From Octopus bimaculoides (Eukaryota): a stretch of DNA of 64,000 nt. Made by a program: the position numbers and the translations under genes. Below the pieces are notes generated by a model. It searched no databases. It worked only from the letters and a program-made list of their open reading frames with translations, and was not told the origin of the DNA. Of this stretch, positions 39,090 through 51,091 are shown piece by piece. Position 1 is the stretch's first letter. Each line of letters opens with the position of its first letter. The DNA lies in contig NC_068984.1 in the NCBI RefSeq assembly GCF_001194135.2, forward strand, positions 33,807,282 through 33,871,281, written 5' to 3'.

Positions 39090-39620
39090 TTCAATGTAGA
39101 AGAAAACATGATGTTTCTTGATTATGCACATGTTCTGCAATTGGGTGTACATGATTTTTCGTAAGAAATTCCTAATGTATTTCTTGATTATTGAAATGTT
39201 GCTTATAACTTGACCAAATTTCAGATTCGTATGAAAGAATGGGTATTACGAATGCCTTTTATATTTATAAGATCATGTGCCTATACGTTCGTGAACTATA
39301 TATAACCGTCTTCACAGACGACCAAAGATTGCTTTGGCGCATCTTACTCGGTATGACACTTCTTCATCGGCTTTTGTGCTCTGTAAAAGATTACTGGAAT
39401 ATTGAAAAATGTCCCTTCTCTGTCAATTCTGCTCGCGTAGACAAATAGCTGGACGAGGTTCCGACATGCTGCTTGACTTCATGTATTTATGTTAGGAGTT
39501 AGACCCTTGTTATCATATAAACCAGTACAAGTGTTGGTAATTCTATCTTGTTCGTCTGGAGAACATCGTATAAAGATTAATGACGAACAATTTATCTACA
39601 AAAAATTATCCTCTCTCTCT
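39090..39620 (-). mobile_element. Decayed RTE-clade LINE, later RT region
   Basis: Minus strand KGLTPNI, ADEEVSYRVRCAKAIFGRL, KAFVIPILSYESEIW. Confidence 0.65.
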
Positions 39621-40109
39621 CTGATAGTCTATCTTCAAAGAGAAGCATCAACCGGTCTCAGAGATGTAGTCAGTATTAGCATGCTCTCGAGTTCTAGAAG
39701 GAGCCAAATATCATTGTGGCAACTACGGAGAAATATCTCTTTTCTCAGCTGCAGGAAAATTTCTGATAAAGCTCTTCTTTACTATACCAACTAACATATT
39801 ATTGTATACTCACCTACCAAAATAAGTACTAACCAGAGTGATGCATTACAGGAACTTTAAAAACGTCGGGCAAAAAGTTTTCCGGTATTTCTTCCAGCTC
39901 TTTCAGTTCTCAATTCAAATTCGACCATGACCTACTTAGAGTATAGTCTTCAAATATCGTCTCGAGTACCTTTAGTGGGGTCTATACTTTTGCAAGTATT
40001 TTGGTACAGGTCCCCAGTTTGAGGATATGTTCCCCTTCCTACCCACTAGTCTTGGATATCCTGTCACGGGTTATGAGCACCGCTAACTTAAAGACAAAAA
40101 AGGACATTC

Positions 40110-40450
40110 TTTCCTTTCCAAGGCATTTGATCTTCTAAATCATGAAAATCCGTAAAAATTGCTTATCAAACATGGCTGACCACAAATTAGTGAACGCTGC
40201 ACAAGAAAACTACACTACGTTGCACGTTTTCTATTACAAATCAGTTTGCACTAAGTACTGGAGTAAGCCAGGGATGGATAGCTGACCCTACGTCTTTTTC
40301 TTTGCTTCCTTGTTCCCCCTTTCTCTCGGCTAAATTTGAACGGACACTGACAAAACTCTCATTTCGTGCTCTAATCGTAATAACGCAAATGCAAAATTAC
40401 TTAACGTTAGCAGATCCTTTGACAGAGGAAAATCTACGTCTACATCCTGA
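40110..40450 (+). mobile_element. Decayed RTE-like LINE, earlier RT region, opposite strand
   Basis: Plus strand LSKAFDLLNH..KLLIKHG.P and FALSTGVSQG..ADPT.FS. Confidence 0.55.
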
Positions 40451-42042
40451 ATTGATCTTCAGTATGCAGATTATGTTATCGTAAATTAAAACTAAGACAT
40501 ATACAGTAACAGAGAGTCGTTGACATTCATTTTGTCAATAAACATTTGACAAGCAATTATCCGTTTCACGTTCAGATTTGTTGCAATCAAAAAATTTAAT
40601 ATAATAATATTCTTCTTTATTCCGCAGTGCAGTGCTTTCATCAAACTCATATGCTGCATTAAGTTTCTTTTTTTTTTTGCCGAAACGGTGGATTACTTCA
40701 GTGAAAATCAATGTTATGGAGTAAAATTGCAGAAACCTTCTAAAGCATCGGCTTACATAAATGTTTATCCGTTTTTGCTCGTCAAATAACTCCCTGAACT
40801 AAAACAGCAGCGATGAGATAATAAGCTGTCTTTCCACACCACTCCCAACCAGAGGCTTTATTTTCCCGTTTTGTTTTAGAATCAGCAATGTCTACATGCA
40901 AAAATATTACAACAAAACGTTGAATTTCTAGGAAAAGGTGAGATGCGGTTAATTCATAGCTAATGACAAAGCCCATGAGTGTTGAAATAGAGATAATTAG
41001 TTTGCTCTTCACATGCTATTTTTCGAAACATTTTTTGTTATGGCTTGACATGCTTTCGCACTAAGATTGCATATGTTCAAATAATTTACAATGAATAACT
41101 CAAATACTTTATAGTGTTTTATGACATTTTCGTACAATGCATAAATATTCTGATGTATGTATGCTGAAATATATTCAAGTATCCTTTTATGCATCAGTGG
41201 ACGTACACGTATATAATGCAGAGTTTGAAGCATAATGCTTATATGAAGAGGCATATGGATACAAAATTCAGCATGCATATATGCGTGTGCGTCCATGTAT
41301 AAATGTATCTATACATATATACACACATATAATATTCTCATATATATATAAACACATAAATATAAATATATATATATGCACATGCGTACATATATGCAAA
41401 TATACATTCATTCATTCATGCATGTATACATACATATATGTATACATACATACATTCATACAAGCATACATACTTATACATACATGTATATTTAAAGGAT
41501 TCAAGAAAATCTTTCAAAACACCATCAACAGCATAGCAAAACATAATTAAGATACTTGTATATACAATCTCTTTCATGTTAATTCTTTAAAAATTTTACG
41601 ATAAAGGAAAGAAAGGCGGAAAAAAAAGAAAAGGTATGAAAGCTTGGTCTTTATTTAGCAGGTTATAGAGTGAAATAAACACCTGCTCTCTGTTGATGAC
41701 TCTCAGGTTGAACGTAAACAAGTGTACCATTTGAAAACAGAAGCAGCACTTACTTTAGAATAAATATAAATGGAATTCCCTTTTAGATTTATCTCTTCGA
41801 ACTTATTTCCTTTTTATTGATATTTATTCACTATTCTCTCTTCCTTCTCTCTCTTTCTCTCACTTTTTCTCACTCTCTCTTTCCTCCTCACTCTCTCAAA
41901 CACAGAGGCACAAACACAAGCCAAAGCACACGATTATTATATGCGAGTGGGCTTGCTTGCGTATGTATGTATATAATATGCACACAAACGCACACCAGTA
42001 TACATACTTAATATAGATATATACACGTTTTATACAAAACAC

Positions 42043-42110
<68 letters not shown>

Positions 42111-42193
42111 GTATATATATATATATATGTGTATATATATATACATAGAAATACATACATATATATATACACACACACAGTCGCATAAAATAT

Positions 42194-42232
<39 letters not shown>

Positions 42233-42339
42233 CATACATATATATACATTTATATATACATGTGTAAACGTATAGTTATATGTACACCATCATTGTATAC
42301 GTATATAACCATGTCTATAAGTAAAGTGCCACATTTGTC

Positions 42340-43449
42340 TACAATGTCAAAGTCAGCCAAAACAATGACTCTGTTCAGGGAAAGAGTGACAGCTACAGAA
42401 AGGGAGGCATACCAAGAAACGAACAGACTAAGCAGTACAAAAACCAGAGCATCTCAAAGTGATGAACAGTGGGATGCGCATCTGACAAGGAATAGGATCT
42501 CTACTGCAGAACAAAGAGCAGTTGCAACAGCTCAGAGAAACAACTTCTATGAAGCTTTCAATTATGAACCAGCAGTTCATTATGAAGATGACACTAGAGT
42601 TTCCATTGTTGTAATGGCAACTGAGTGCATACATTGTAAAGCAAAAAAGTAGTTTGGAGAGACACCTGCACTGTGCTGCAGTGGTGGAAAGGTTAAACTC
42701 CCTGCAACCCACCAACCTCCAGAGCCATTGAAATAACTGTTGTCATCAACTGAGCATGATTCCAAGTACTTCCAAAAGAAAATTAGACAATACAACACTA
42801 CACTACAGTTGACTACATTTGGAGCCACAAGATATTTAACTGAGCCAGAGTCCATGCAGACTCTCAAGATCCAAGATCGGATTGATCATCGGATTGGCTC
42901 TCTACTACCTCTGTCAAATGAATTACCAAAATCGGCCTTCCATTCTTTATAATCTGTACTTATTATTTGGTTACTAAATAAGCTACACAAAAAGTGTTTT
43001 TGAATTACGTGTATTTACTATATATATATATATATNNNNNNNNNNNNNNNNNNNNNNNNNNNNNNNNNNNNNNNNNNNNNNNNNNNNNNNNNNNNNNNNN
43101 NNNNNNNNNNNNNNNNNNNNNNNNNNNNNNNNNNNNNNNNNNNNNNNNNNNNNNNNNNNNNNNNNNNNNNNNNNNNNNNNNNNNNNNNNNNNNNNNNNNN
43201 NNNNNNNNNNNNNNNNNNNNNNNNNNNNNNNNNNNNNNNNNNNNNNNNNNNNNNNNNNNNNNNNNNNNNNNNNTATATATATGAGTTGAAAACTTTATTT
43301 CACTTAACGTTCATTTTCCATGCTGTCCATGTTTTTAATGTAGAAAGCTGGTATCTCAGCTACCAGCAGTTGAGACCTGCGTAATCTAGACAGCGTTTTA
43401 AAATTTCATTATTCTCTTTAACCCGGGCAACGCCGAGTATTTTTGATAG
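42340..43449 (+). mobile_element. Helitron remnant: RepHel N-terminal region plus 3' terminal hairpin
   Basis: AFNYEPAVHYEDD..VSI..MATECIHCKAKK*FGETPALCCSGGKVKLP...PPEPL...SKYFQKKIRQYN...TTFGA...HRIGSLLP; 3' end acccgggcaacgccgagt-atttttg-ATAG|T at 43421-43449 (Helitron ends have a hairpin then CTAG). Confidence 0.85.
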
Positions 43450-43538
43450 TAGGTTATAAAATATGATATTATTACATAATTAGCTAGTACAATAAATTGA
43501 ATAACACAAAAATTAGTTGCGGTAAAATATATTTATAA

Positions 43539-43805
43539 CAAATTCGGCCGCTCATACAATTGCTGTTGCAAGAGTTTGATCGGCTGGTAGAAGTGCACGG
43601 ACTCCCTATCGGTGCCTGTGGTGCCTGGTGCCGGCCTGCGAGTGAGGCACTAGACGCCTTGGACATCAAAGACAAGTCATTTCGACGTCTATTTAGACGG
43701 ACAGCTATGATCATGACGTACAATATGCTGAGAAATTAGCTCTCAGCGTGGGGGATCTTGCAGGCATGATCCCTGTACGATGACTAGGAGATCTAACTAG
43801 AAACA
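43539..43805 (+). mobile_element. 5'-truncated R2-like REL non-LTR fragment: ORF C-terminus and 3' UTR
   Basis: Open frame 43539-43739: QIRPLIQLLLQEFDRLVEVHGLPIGACGAWCRPASEALDALDIKDKSFRRLFRRTAMIMTYNMLRN*; GLPIGAxGAW resembles the GFPLGARGKW motif at the end of R2 ORFs. Confidence 0.6.
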
Positions 43806-45049
43806 AACATAAAAATATACCGAGTTGCTTGAGTTTTTGCCTAGGTTATCGCCAAGTCTTCATATTTTTAGTCGTGACCCAATGCCTATTTTTCACATAA
43901 TGTATTTGCCTACCATATATACTATTCTACTTCGTATAGAACGTTAGCTATATTGGTACTTCTGGCTCTCAATCTTTAAATATTCTAGTGTGTCAATATT
44001 TTAACAAAATGATGGTACTCCTTTAAGTTATAACGTTACTTTGTAAATTAAAATAAATTGTTAATATTCAAATTTTATCTTTAGCTGCAATATTGTAAGT
44101 AATTTTTTTTATTATGTACTTTACCAGATGTAATAAGTTGTCCTGAACATTTCCAAGTGTAATAACTTCTCCTGTAATTTTCCAGGTTTATAATCTTAAG
44201 AATATTATTTCTCTTGCTCGCATTTTTCCATGTAATCCATGTTTTTCCCAGGCTATGCTATTATACTTATTACTAATATCTCACATGTGTCACTTAGCGG
44301 TATTGTTGATATTTTTTTCCGTAACATCAATGACACAGGTGACAGATATTAAAAGTCCCCTTACAGAACTATATTCATAAAAAAAAGTATAGATCTATAT
44401 TATCAACCACAACTTGAGAAATAAACACTCATAACTTTTTCATTTAAATCTTCATAGCATGAGAGTGATACCATAAAATTCCTTGAATTGAGCTCTATCA
44501 TTTAAGCTTAATTAAAGTATAGATTGTTTTTAAAATTAAAAAAAATACTAATTATACTTAAATCTAATGTTTTGCCTTACTTTTATTTTTTCATATTTTA
44601 CATCACAACTTTTATGATACAAATTTTTGTTGCATGGGCACAAAGCTATGACTTTCTTCATGCTTTTTTCTATCACTGAAGCTAAGATGAATACATGTTG
44701 CTTTTAAAATACAAAAAGTTATTTAGATCTAATCTTGATTGGTGATGTTACATACTCTCTTATAACGTTCCTACAAATTTTGATGTAAACTTTTTTTTCT
44801 ACTGGATCAAATCTCAATTATGCCAAAATGTAGCTAGGGACAAGTCCTCTTCAAAAATGTTAACAGTTTTTAATTTGGTTAAGAACTGAATTAGTAACAA
44901 GGTCTGAAATGCACTGCATGTGAGTAAATTGCGGCCTTAATAATATTAGTCAACTACTACCGTATTTGGTTGATTCAAAACTTCAAGTTCAAACCTCCAC
45001 TTTCCTGTGACTAGATTCACCTGCAGAAAATCTCGGGGAATATTTACCA

Positions 45050-46450
45050 AGTAAGCATCTGAAGCTGAATTGCCTATATCATTTCAACATTGTTTTAACT
45101 TTGTTCTAGCAACTTCTTCCAGAACAATTGTCTCAAGCTGTTATGCCATTCTTTCGTTTTGATCATTAGTCTAGAGAGATGACTTTTGATGCATAAGTGA
45201 TTGTTGGCCTTCCATGATAAGACTATTTAGGCCTACGTTATGGTCAGGACATTCCAGTGATTCTTCAACGCGATGCACAACACAATAAGCTGCAGTTTGC
45301 TTATTTCTATCCGGCACTAAATGGGTGTACATCAAGGTGCCGGGAGCTGCTTTCGATGGAATGATGGACCATCGCTTGCTTCATACTACATCGACTAGTT
45401 TTCTGTAAGATATTTTGTCCATTGACCGATCGACCCTATTGACACTCGATCTAATGGTTGGCGACTTGTTTAAGGAAGTTCAAGAACAATGAATGTAAAG
45501 GTTAGAGGAAGAATGCAAAAATAGTTTATCATCAACTTGAGTGTTGAGACGAGAATTCGAATATATATATTATGATAATATATTGGATATAATATAATTA
45601 ACATGATTTCTCACAAGAGCTGAAATAACATTTGATGTAAGGAAAATTTGGTTTTAGAAAACTATCGATTTAAATGATAATGCAGCAGATGTTTTCCAAT
45701 AAAGGTTCTAAAATTTTTAATTGCTTGGTATTATTATGTAATTGTGGGATATTTTTAAAACATTTAAATACACGCCTGTGATAGACAAAACAGAAGAAAG
45801 AATTTTTGCTGTGTAACAATACCACACCAGACAGATAGAATTTTGTTGTGTGTATCAATTAATAGGCTGGCTCAAAAAGCCACAATGACATTGGACACAA
45901 TGGTTGGCGAAGTTTCGAATTATGCCATCGGCCCTACGAAACCGGTCTATTAGAAGATGCAAGCGCATATAAATCATCTTCCACTGAAACGTTGAAGAAA
46001 TGGATTTCGAGTAAATCTCTAGTTGTAAGCTAATTCAAACGAGCCAGTCTCATTCCGGAATATCATTTTATGAATGGCTTTGCTTACAATAAGCTGTCCA
46101 TTTACAAAAAATTATTTTCTTTCTAAAATCTCATTGAATAACGACGCTCAAAACACCTGCATGAAAATGTTCAAGACGCATATCCGAAGACAGGAATTCT
46201 GTGGAGAAGCTCTAGGTACCGAGCTATCTATAATATTGAGGCAACACTCTGAATGAGAAAATAAGATTAGCGTCGACAGAGCCCAGTCTCTTCCCAAATG
46301 ACGGAAACAGCTAAGGTAATGTCTGCAACTGGATTTGCAAATCAATGATTGGTTTGAATTCCTTGATGGGATCTCACAGAAAATATCGAAGAACACTGTG
46401 CAGCTGTGTTCTTCTGAACCCTTGTTCATTGACGCGACAAAAGTGTCCAT
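45050..46450 (-). mobile_element. Very degenerate CR1/L2-like LINE RT remnant with AT-rich interruption
   Basis: ORF 46148..46450 (VFFDI..., SSVPRAS...LNIFM) resembles the DFxKAFD...SGVPQGSVLGP region; weaker downstream similarity (QWKM, YTHLV, ISKLQ). Confidence 0.4.
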
Positions 46451-46759
46451 TTAATTCATTAATCAATCAATTATATATATNNNNNNNNNNNNNNNNNNNN
46501 NNNNNNNNNNNNNNNNNNNNNNNNNNNNNNNNNNNNNNNNNNNNNNNNNNNNNNNNNNNNNNNNNNNNNNNNNNNNNNNNNNNNNNNNNNNCGACAACAC
46601 ACATATAGCTCTACACACACACATACAGACGCACACACACATATACACACACACATACGCACACACGCACATACACACACATACACACATATACACACGC
46701 ACAACATATATGTACATGCTCACTTATACACACACACGCACATACCCACACATACACGC

Positions 46760-47025
46760 GCATACCTCCTTCTTAGAAAGAACTTTCTTAGAACTTTTTC
46801 TTCACCCATTCCCTTCCGGTCATTTCAAAATATAACCACATGTGAATCGTTGGCGATTTTCTTCCTCCGTCTTCCTTCATGCTGGACGTTCCTCTGTTTC
46901 TGAAGAAGAGCTTTACTCGAAACGTTAAACATCTTCTTTTCCTTCCTTGAGCGTCTGCTAATACTTTACAAGTACCACGTCCTCGCGTTGTTTATTTTTT
47001 GTTTGTTGTTCTTTCTTTGGATTTA
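46760..47025 (+). mobile_element. Penelope-type terminal repeat (pLTR)-like fragment carrying a hammerhead motif
   Basis: Non-coding repeat-like segment containing ctgaagaagagctttactcgaaacgtt; minimal hammerheads are a known feature of Penelope-like element termini. Confidence 0.55.
46895..46931 (+). ncRNA. Minimal type I hammerhead ribozyme
   Basis: Stem I TGTTT/AAACA; core CTGAAGA; extra A; stem II GAG-CTTTA-CTC; GAAA; palindromic ACGT stem III; cleavage triplet GTT. Confidence 0.7.
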
Positions 47026-47026
47026 C

Positions 47027-47059
<33 letters not shown>

Positions 47060-49545
47060 GTGTGTGTATGTGTGTGCGTGTGTGTATGTGTGTGTGTGTG
47101 TAGATAGATAGATTGATAGATACATACATACATAAATACATACATATTTCCTCTACGGGATCAACCTTAAAAGCATGTGATTTTGAAATGACATCCTAAT
47201 ATACCCTGTCTGTAGATTGGACCGCCGTTTAACGACAGTCCTGCAATATCAATATGTTATTCCTCACCTTGTAGTATCGAAATGAATTCATCTCAATAAA
47301 GCAGACGAAAAGGCTACGAAACAGTGGGATTGCTCATGCGGGAGGACTACGATTCTGCATGCTACTAAGCATACACCTGAACGTGGATTTGGATGTTGTT
47401 TAACTCCAAGTTACTACTGATAAGGCAGACCTATGATTAATGATATTTAACCATACAACCTTCTTTCCAGATGTCATGATTTGAGAGAATTGCGCTTTCT
47501 TCCTTGAATAGGTCGAGCGATCACATAAAGTCTACTAGTCATATTTAAGTGCACTTTGATTTCAGCTACCTTCATTAGACATAATATTCTCCATCTTGTG
47601 GATATATAAATGGATTACAGAAGAATCCCTGCAAGAAAATCATTTCAAAACAACAGAGAGCTGTGTAAAGTACTATTTGCATAATCCATGGTTATGTGAA
47701 GGCCAATATTAATGTCCCTCTCAAGCATGTATCATTTCCTTTTCTATACACTTTAAACATGTTATGTCTGTGAAAAAGATTGAAAGTTATATCAAATTCA
47801 TTGAAGCAGTCTGTGATGACTATTCATTACAGACCGCTGCAATAAATTTGACATACCATTCGAAATCCATTGTAATTTATATTCGTTTCAAAAAACAATT
47901 CAAATAATGAATCATCCTTTGTTCATTTAACTGTATCCGAAATTTCCCCAGGTTATTGTTAATAGTAACGTTGTTCGCAAATTATTATTTTATTGTATAT
48001 TGTATTTTTGTTTATTTTGCAGTGTTTTTTTTCTTTCAAAGCAGCATGTTTTCTTTGGTTTTTGATTGTTTTTATTTTTTTATATTTTTATTTAATGGGA
48101 AATGTGTTGTCATGTCTGAAAAGAAATACTCTAGCATAAGAGAGATCTATGAAGAGAGATATGAAAAATCTAAGCTGATGTCTTCTTTCTCATTACACCC
48201 ATTTAAAAGAGGGATGAATACGTTATATTTATAATCATAACGATACTGTCTAACTCTGCATGCTGGTAGCCATGGGACAAACACTGAATTGTTTGAGAGT
48301 TGTCAGTTTGTTTATTCTAATAATGTCAAACCAGTTTCTAAGCATCTTATCGTATTTAGATCTATTTATTTACATGACTGTAAAGCAAAGACATTTGATT
48401 TGTAGAACTGAATTTATTTGGCTGTCTATTTCTATAAAAATTATGTTTAGAAATCGGGATCACCATGACTATGATAGTACGAAGAGTCTTACGTTTGAAA
48501 ACGAAGGAAGGCAACAGAAAGGAGTGACATTTTTCAGCCCTGAATTGACTGTCTGATATTTTGTTGATGACAACGTTTTTATGAATTAAGATGCGAGTAA
48601 ATTTGTTGAAGCTGAAGCAAATATGTTTAATTTCCTCTTCGTTATAGCAAAATGCATTCAACAATCCGGAATAGAGTATCACTATCATCAGCGTCACCCA
48701 TAAAATACATCACAGGCAACTGACAAAATCTGAGTTTAAAAATATGGTTTTTAACTTTGCTCTCTCAGAATGATGTATTCCACATCAAACTTTAATCATT
48801 CCCAAACCACAAATATCAGCTCACAAACTGAAAAGTTAGATCTTAGCTAGCATATTATCAGTATGATTTCTAATGCAATAACAGCACATTATGTATGCAC
48901 AAAAAAGAAACTAAGAACAACAGAAGAACAATTGTAAAATTAAATCAGAATAACGAAAACAAATACAAGGTATGAAGCTAATAGATGGAATGTAACATCC
49001 AGTCAATGTAACAATACTGAAAGAACAGCTTGCTGTTTTATAACAGTTAACAATTTCTAGGTATTCTTTTGAATAATCACAACACAAATGCGTAACGGGA
49101 GAAGTTCTATGTGAATATGGGAGGTGACGCCAAAAGGTTAGAGAACTCTCGACCTAGATCTTAATTAACACTAGTTTGTTCTGTTGTTTTTATCATCTGA
49201 AGATTTTAACAGCCATATATAGCTGAACGCGTAAAATTTCGTATACCACTTTACAACAAATTGAATTCCTCTGACTTTCTACATTGAATATGTATAGAGA
49301 TTGCTGGTTCGTTTGTTTTATCAGCACATCATTTCGTTGATGCATAATTGATGTGTTGAGACATTATTAATTTAGGGGCCTTACCATTTGGTTCCGAAAG
49401 GGAGTTGTTAGTGTTGCTCTTTAGTCAAAGGTCAAGTCTATACAAGAAAACCTATGATCGGAGACTTTCTGTTATGAACATCCCATCTTTTTGTATACCT
49501 AAAACTGTATTCTTCAACGTGATCTTTCAGTCCCATTGATGCAGG

Positions 49546-49563
49546 GTTATTATTATTATTATT

Positions 49564-49610
<47 letters not shown>

Positions 49611-49633
49611 TATCGTTGTTGTTGTTGTTGCTG
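49546..49633. repeat. Compound (TTA)n-(TCA)n-(TTG)n tract at the 3' end of the R4/Dong element
   Basis: Read directly. Confidence 0.95.
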
Positions 49634-50400
49634 CCTTTTCACAGCTTCTAACGCCGGAGATGTACTACAGTGTCAGCTGTTCACTATGAGTGAACTAAGG
49701 AAACATCTCTTACTTTTCGAGCATCTTCCGGAGTATTCGAGCGGTTCCAAGCAGTGCTGTTTTCTGCAAGTGCTCCATCCTTATCGCAGCCCTATTTGTT
49801 CCACGTACCTCTCGAGATGTTTGCTCACTGTTCCCAGGGCTCCGACAGTTATTGGTACAACTACCACCTTTTTCGTCGACCACAACTGCTTAAATTCCAG
49901 AGCTAACTTGTCATATCTCTCGACTTTTCTTTCTTCCTTATCGCACACCTTGTTGTCAGCTGGTCATGCTATATCTATGCTCCAGCATAGTTTGTTTTCT
50001 TTCTCAATTAAGACTATGTCTGGCTTCCTATTCCCTATCTCATGGTCGCACTGAATCATAAAATCCCATATGATCTTTGCGTTTCTATTTTCGACAATGC
50101 CTTCAGGTTTGTGGTTGTACCGATCTTTTGCTCTGTCAAGTTCATACTTGTTTCAAAGCGTCCAATGGACAAGCCTGGCTATATTGTCGCGGCATCTCTT
50201 ATATTCTTTCTGGACTAGTGGCGTACATTGGCTGGTAATATGCCATACGGTTTCATCGTTTTGTCCACAGACTCTGCACTTATCACTTTCTGATGTGTTG
50301 TCTATTCTGTATTTTATGTAGTTTGTACTTAGTGCTTGCTCTTGGGCAGCACAGCTTAGAACCTCCGTTTCTGGTTTTAAATCACTTTTAGTCATCCAAA
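49634..50400 (-). mobile_element. 5'-truncated R4/Dong-clade element: CCHC, REL endonuclease and 3' end
   Basis: ORF 50153..50452 (LKPETE..CAAQEQALSTNYIK.RID...KCRVCGQNDETVWHITSQC), then WDFMIQCDHEIGNRKPDIVL...IDIACPAD...VVVVP..GALGTVSK. Confidence 0.9.
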
Positions 50401-50760
50401 CTTTTATGTTTGACTTTCGTAGCTGCCATATCTTAGCGATCTCAGTTCTCATGTATCTATATTTATCAACCTTTTTTCATTCTTTCATGATGATATATTG
50501 ATATCCTTGCACTGCCACGTCAATTAGTAGCACTCTTGCTTGTCCCTCCTAAAGGTTACTATATCCGACCTTCTGTGCTCTAACATCTTGTCTGTCTGGA
50601 AGTCAAAGTCCCAGAGGACTTTTGTCTTCCTCTTCTCATCCATTACCTTGTCCGGTGTATGTTGGTACCAAGCACCCGTAACCTCATATCCATACTTCCG
50701 GAATAGTACCCAGCGGAGGTTTCCTACTACGTTGTCGTGTCTACGCTTGTACTCTTTGAC
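50400..50760 (-). mobile_element. Second R4/Dong subfamily REL fragment fused upstream
   Basis: KEYKRRHDNVV..LRWVLFRKYGYEVTGAWYQHTPDKV...VLWDFDFQTDKMLEHRRSDIV...RTEIAKIWQL. Confidence 0.85.
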
Positions 50761-50829
50761 TTTGTAATACCATCTCTTGTAAATATATATATTACTTTAC
50801 TTACAGTTTCTGCGGTATCTAAAGCAATA

Positions 50830-51091
50830 AACAATATCTAAAAAGCGAAAGTTGCATCCATAGAGGTAGATGGAGATCTTAGATGAGGCAAATTATCGTT
50901 CGTAGTTGTGGAATTACACCAGAAGCACCTTCAGCTCCTCAAAGCAATATCTAGCATCATTCCTCACAAGGCAAAATATATTTCATTTCCCAAGATCAAA
51001 AGACAAAAAGACCAATTTCATCTGCAATGGATGCAGTAAATCTGCGTGTAAAGAAAATAGCAAGACGGTCTGTAATCAGTGCCAGGATTAA
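50830..51091 (+). mobile_element. piggyBac transposase C-terminal cysteine-rich domain remnant
   Basis: ORF 50906..51091 ends FPRSKDKKTNFICNGCSKSACKENSKTVCNQCQD*, matching the piggyBac CRD spacing. Confidence 0.6.

Noticed and set aside
45027-45050. 24-nt micro-exon-like segment (ctgcag|...|gtaagc)
   Set aside because: Lies at the edge of a decayed LINE on the other strand; such short AG/GT pairs arise often by chance.
45915-45955. gaaaccggtc motif resembling a hammerhead 3' half
   Set aside because: No CTGANGA core upstream, and it lies within the antisense of the CR1-like remnant.
49536-50054. 172-aa plus-strand ORF with poly-Y, poly-H and poly-C
   Set aside because: Antisense of the R4/Dong 3' end plus its microsatellite tail.
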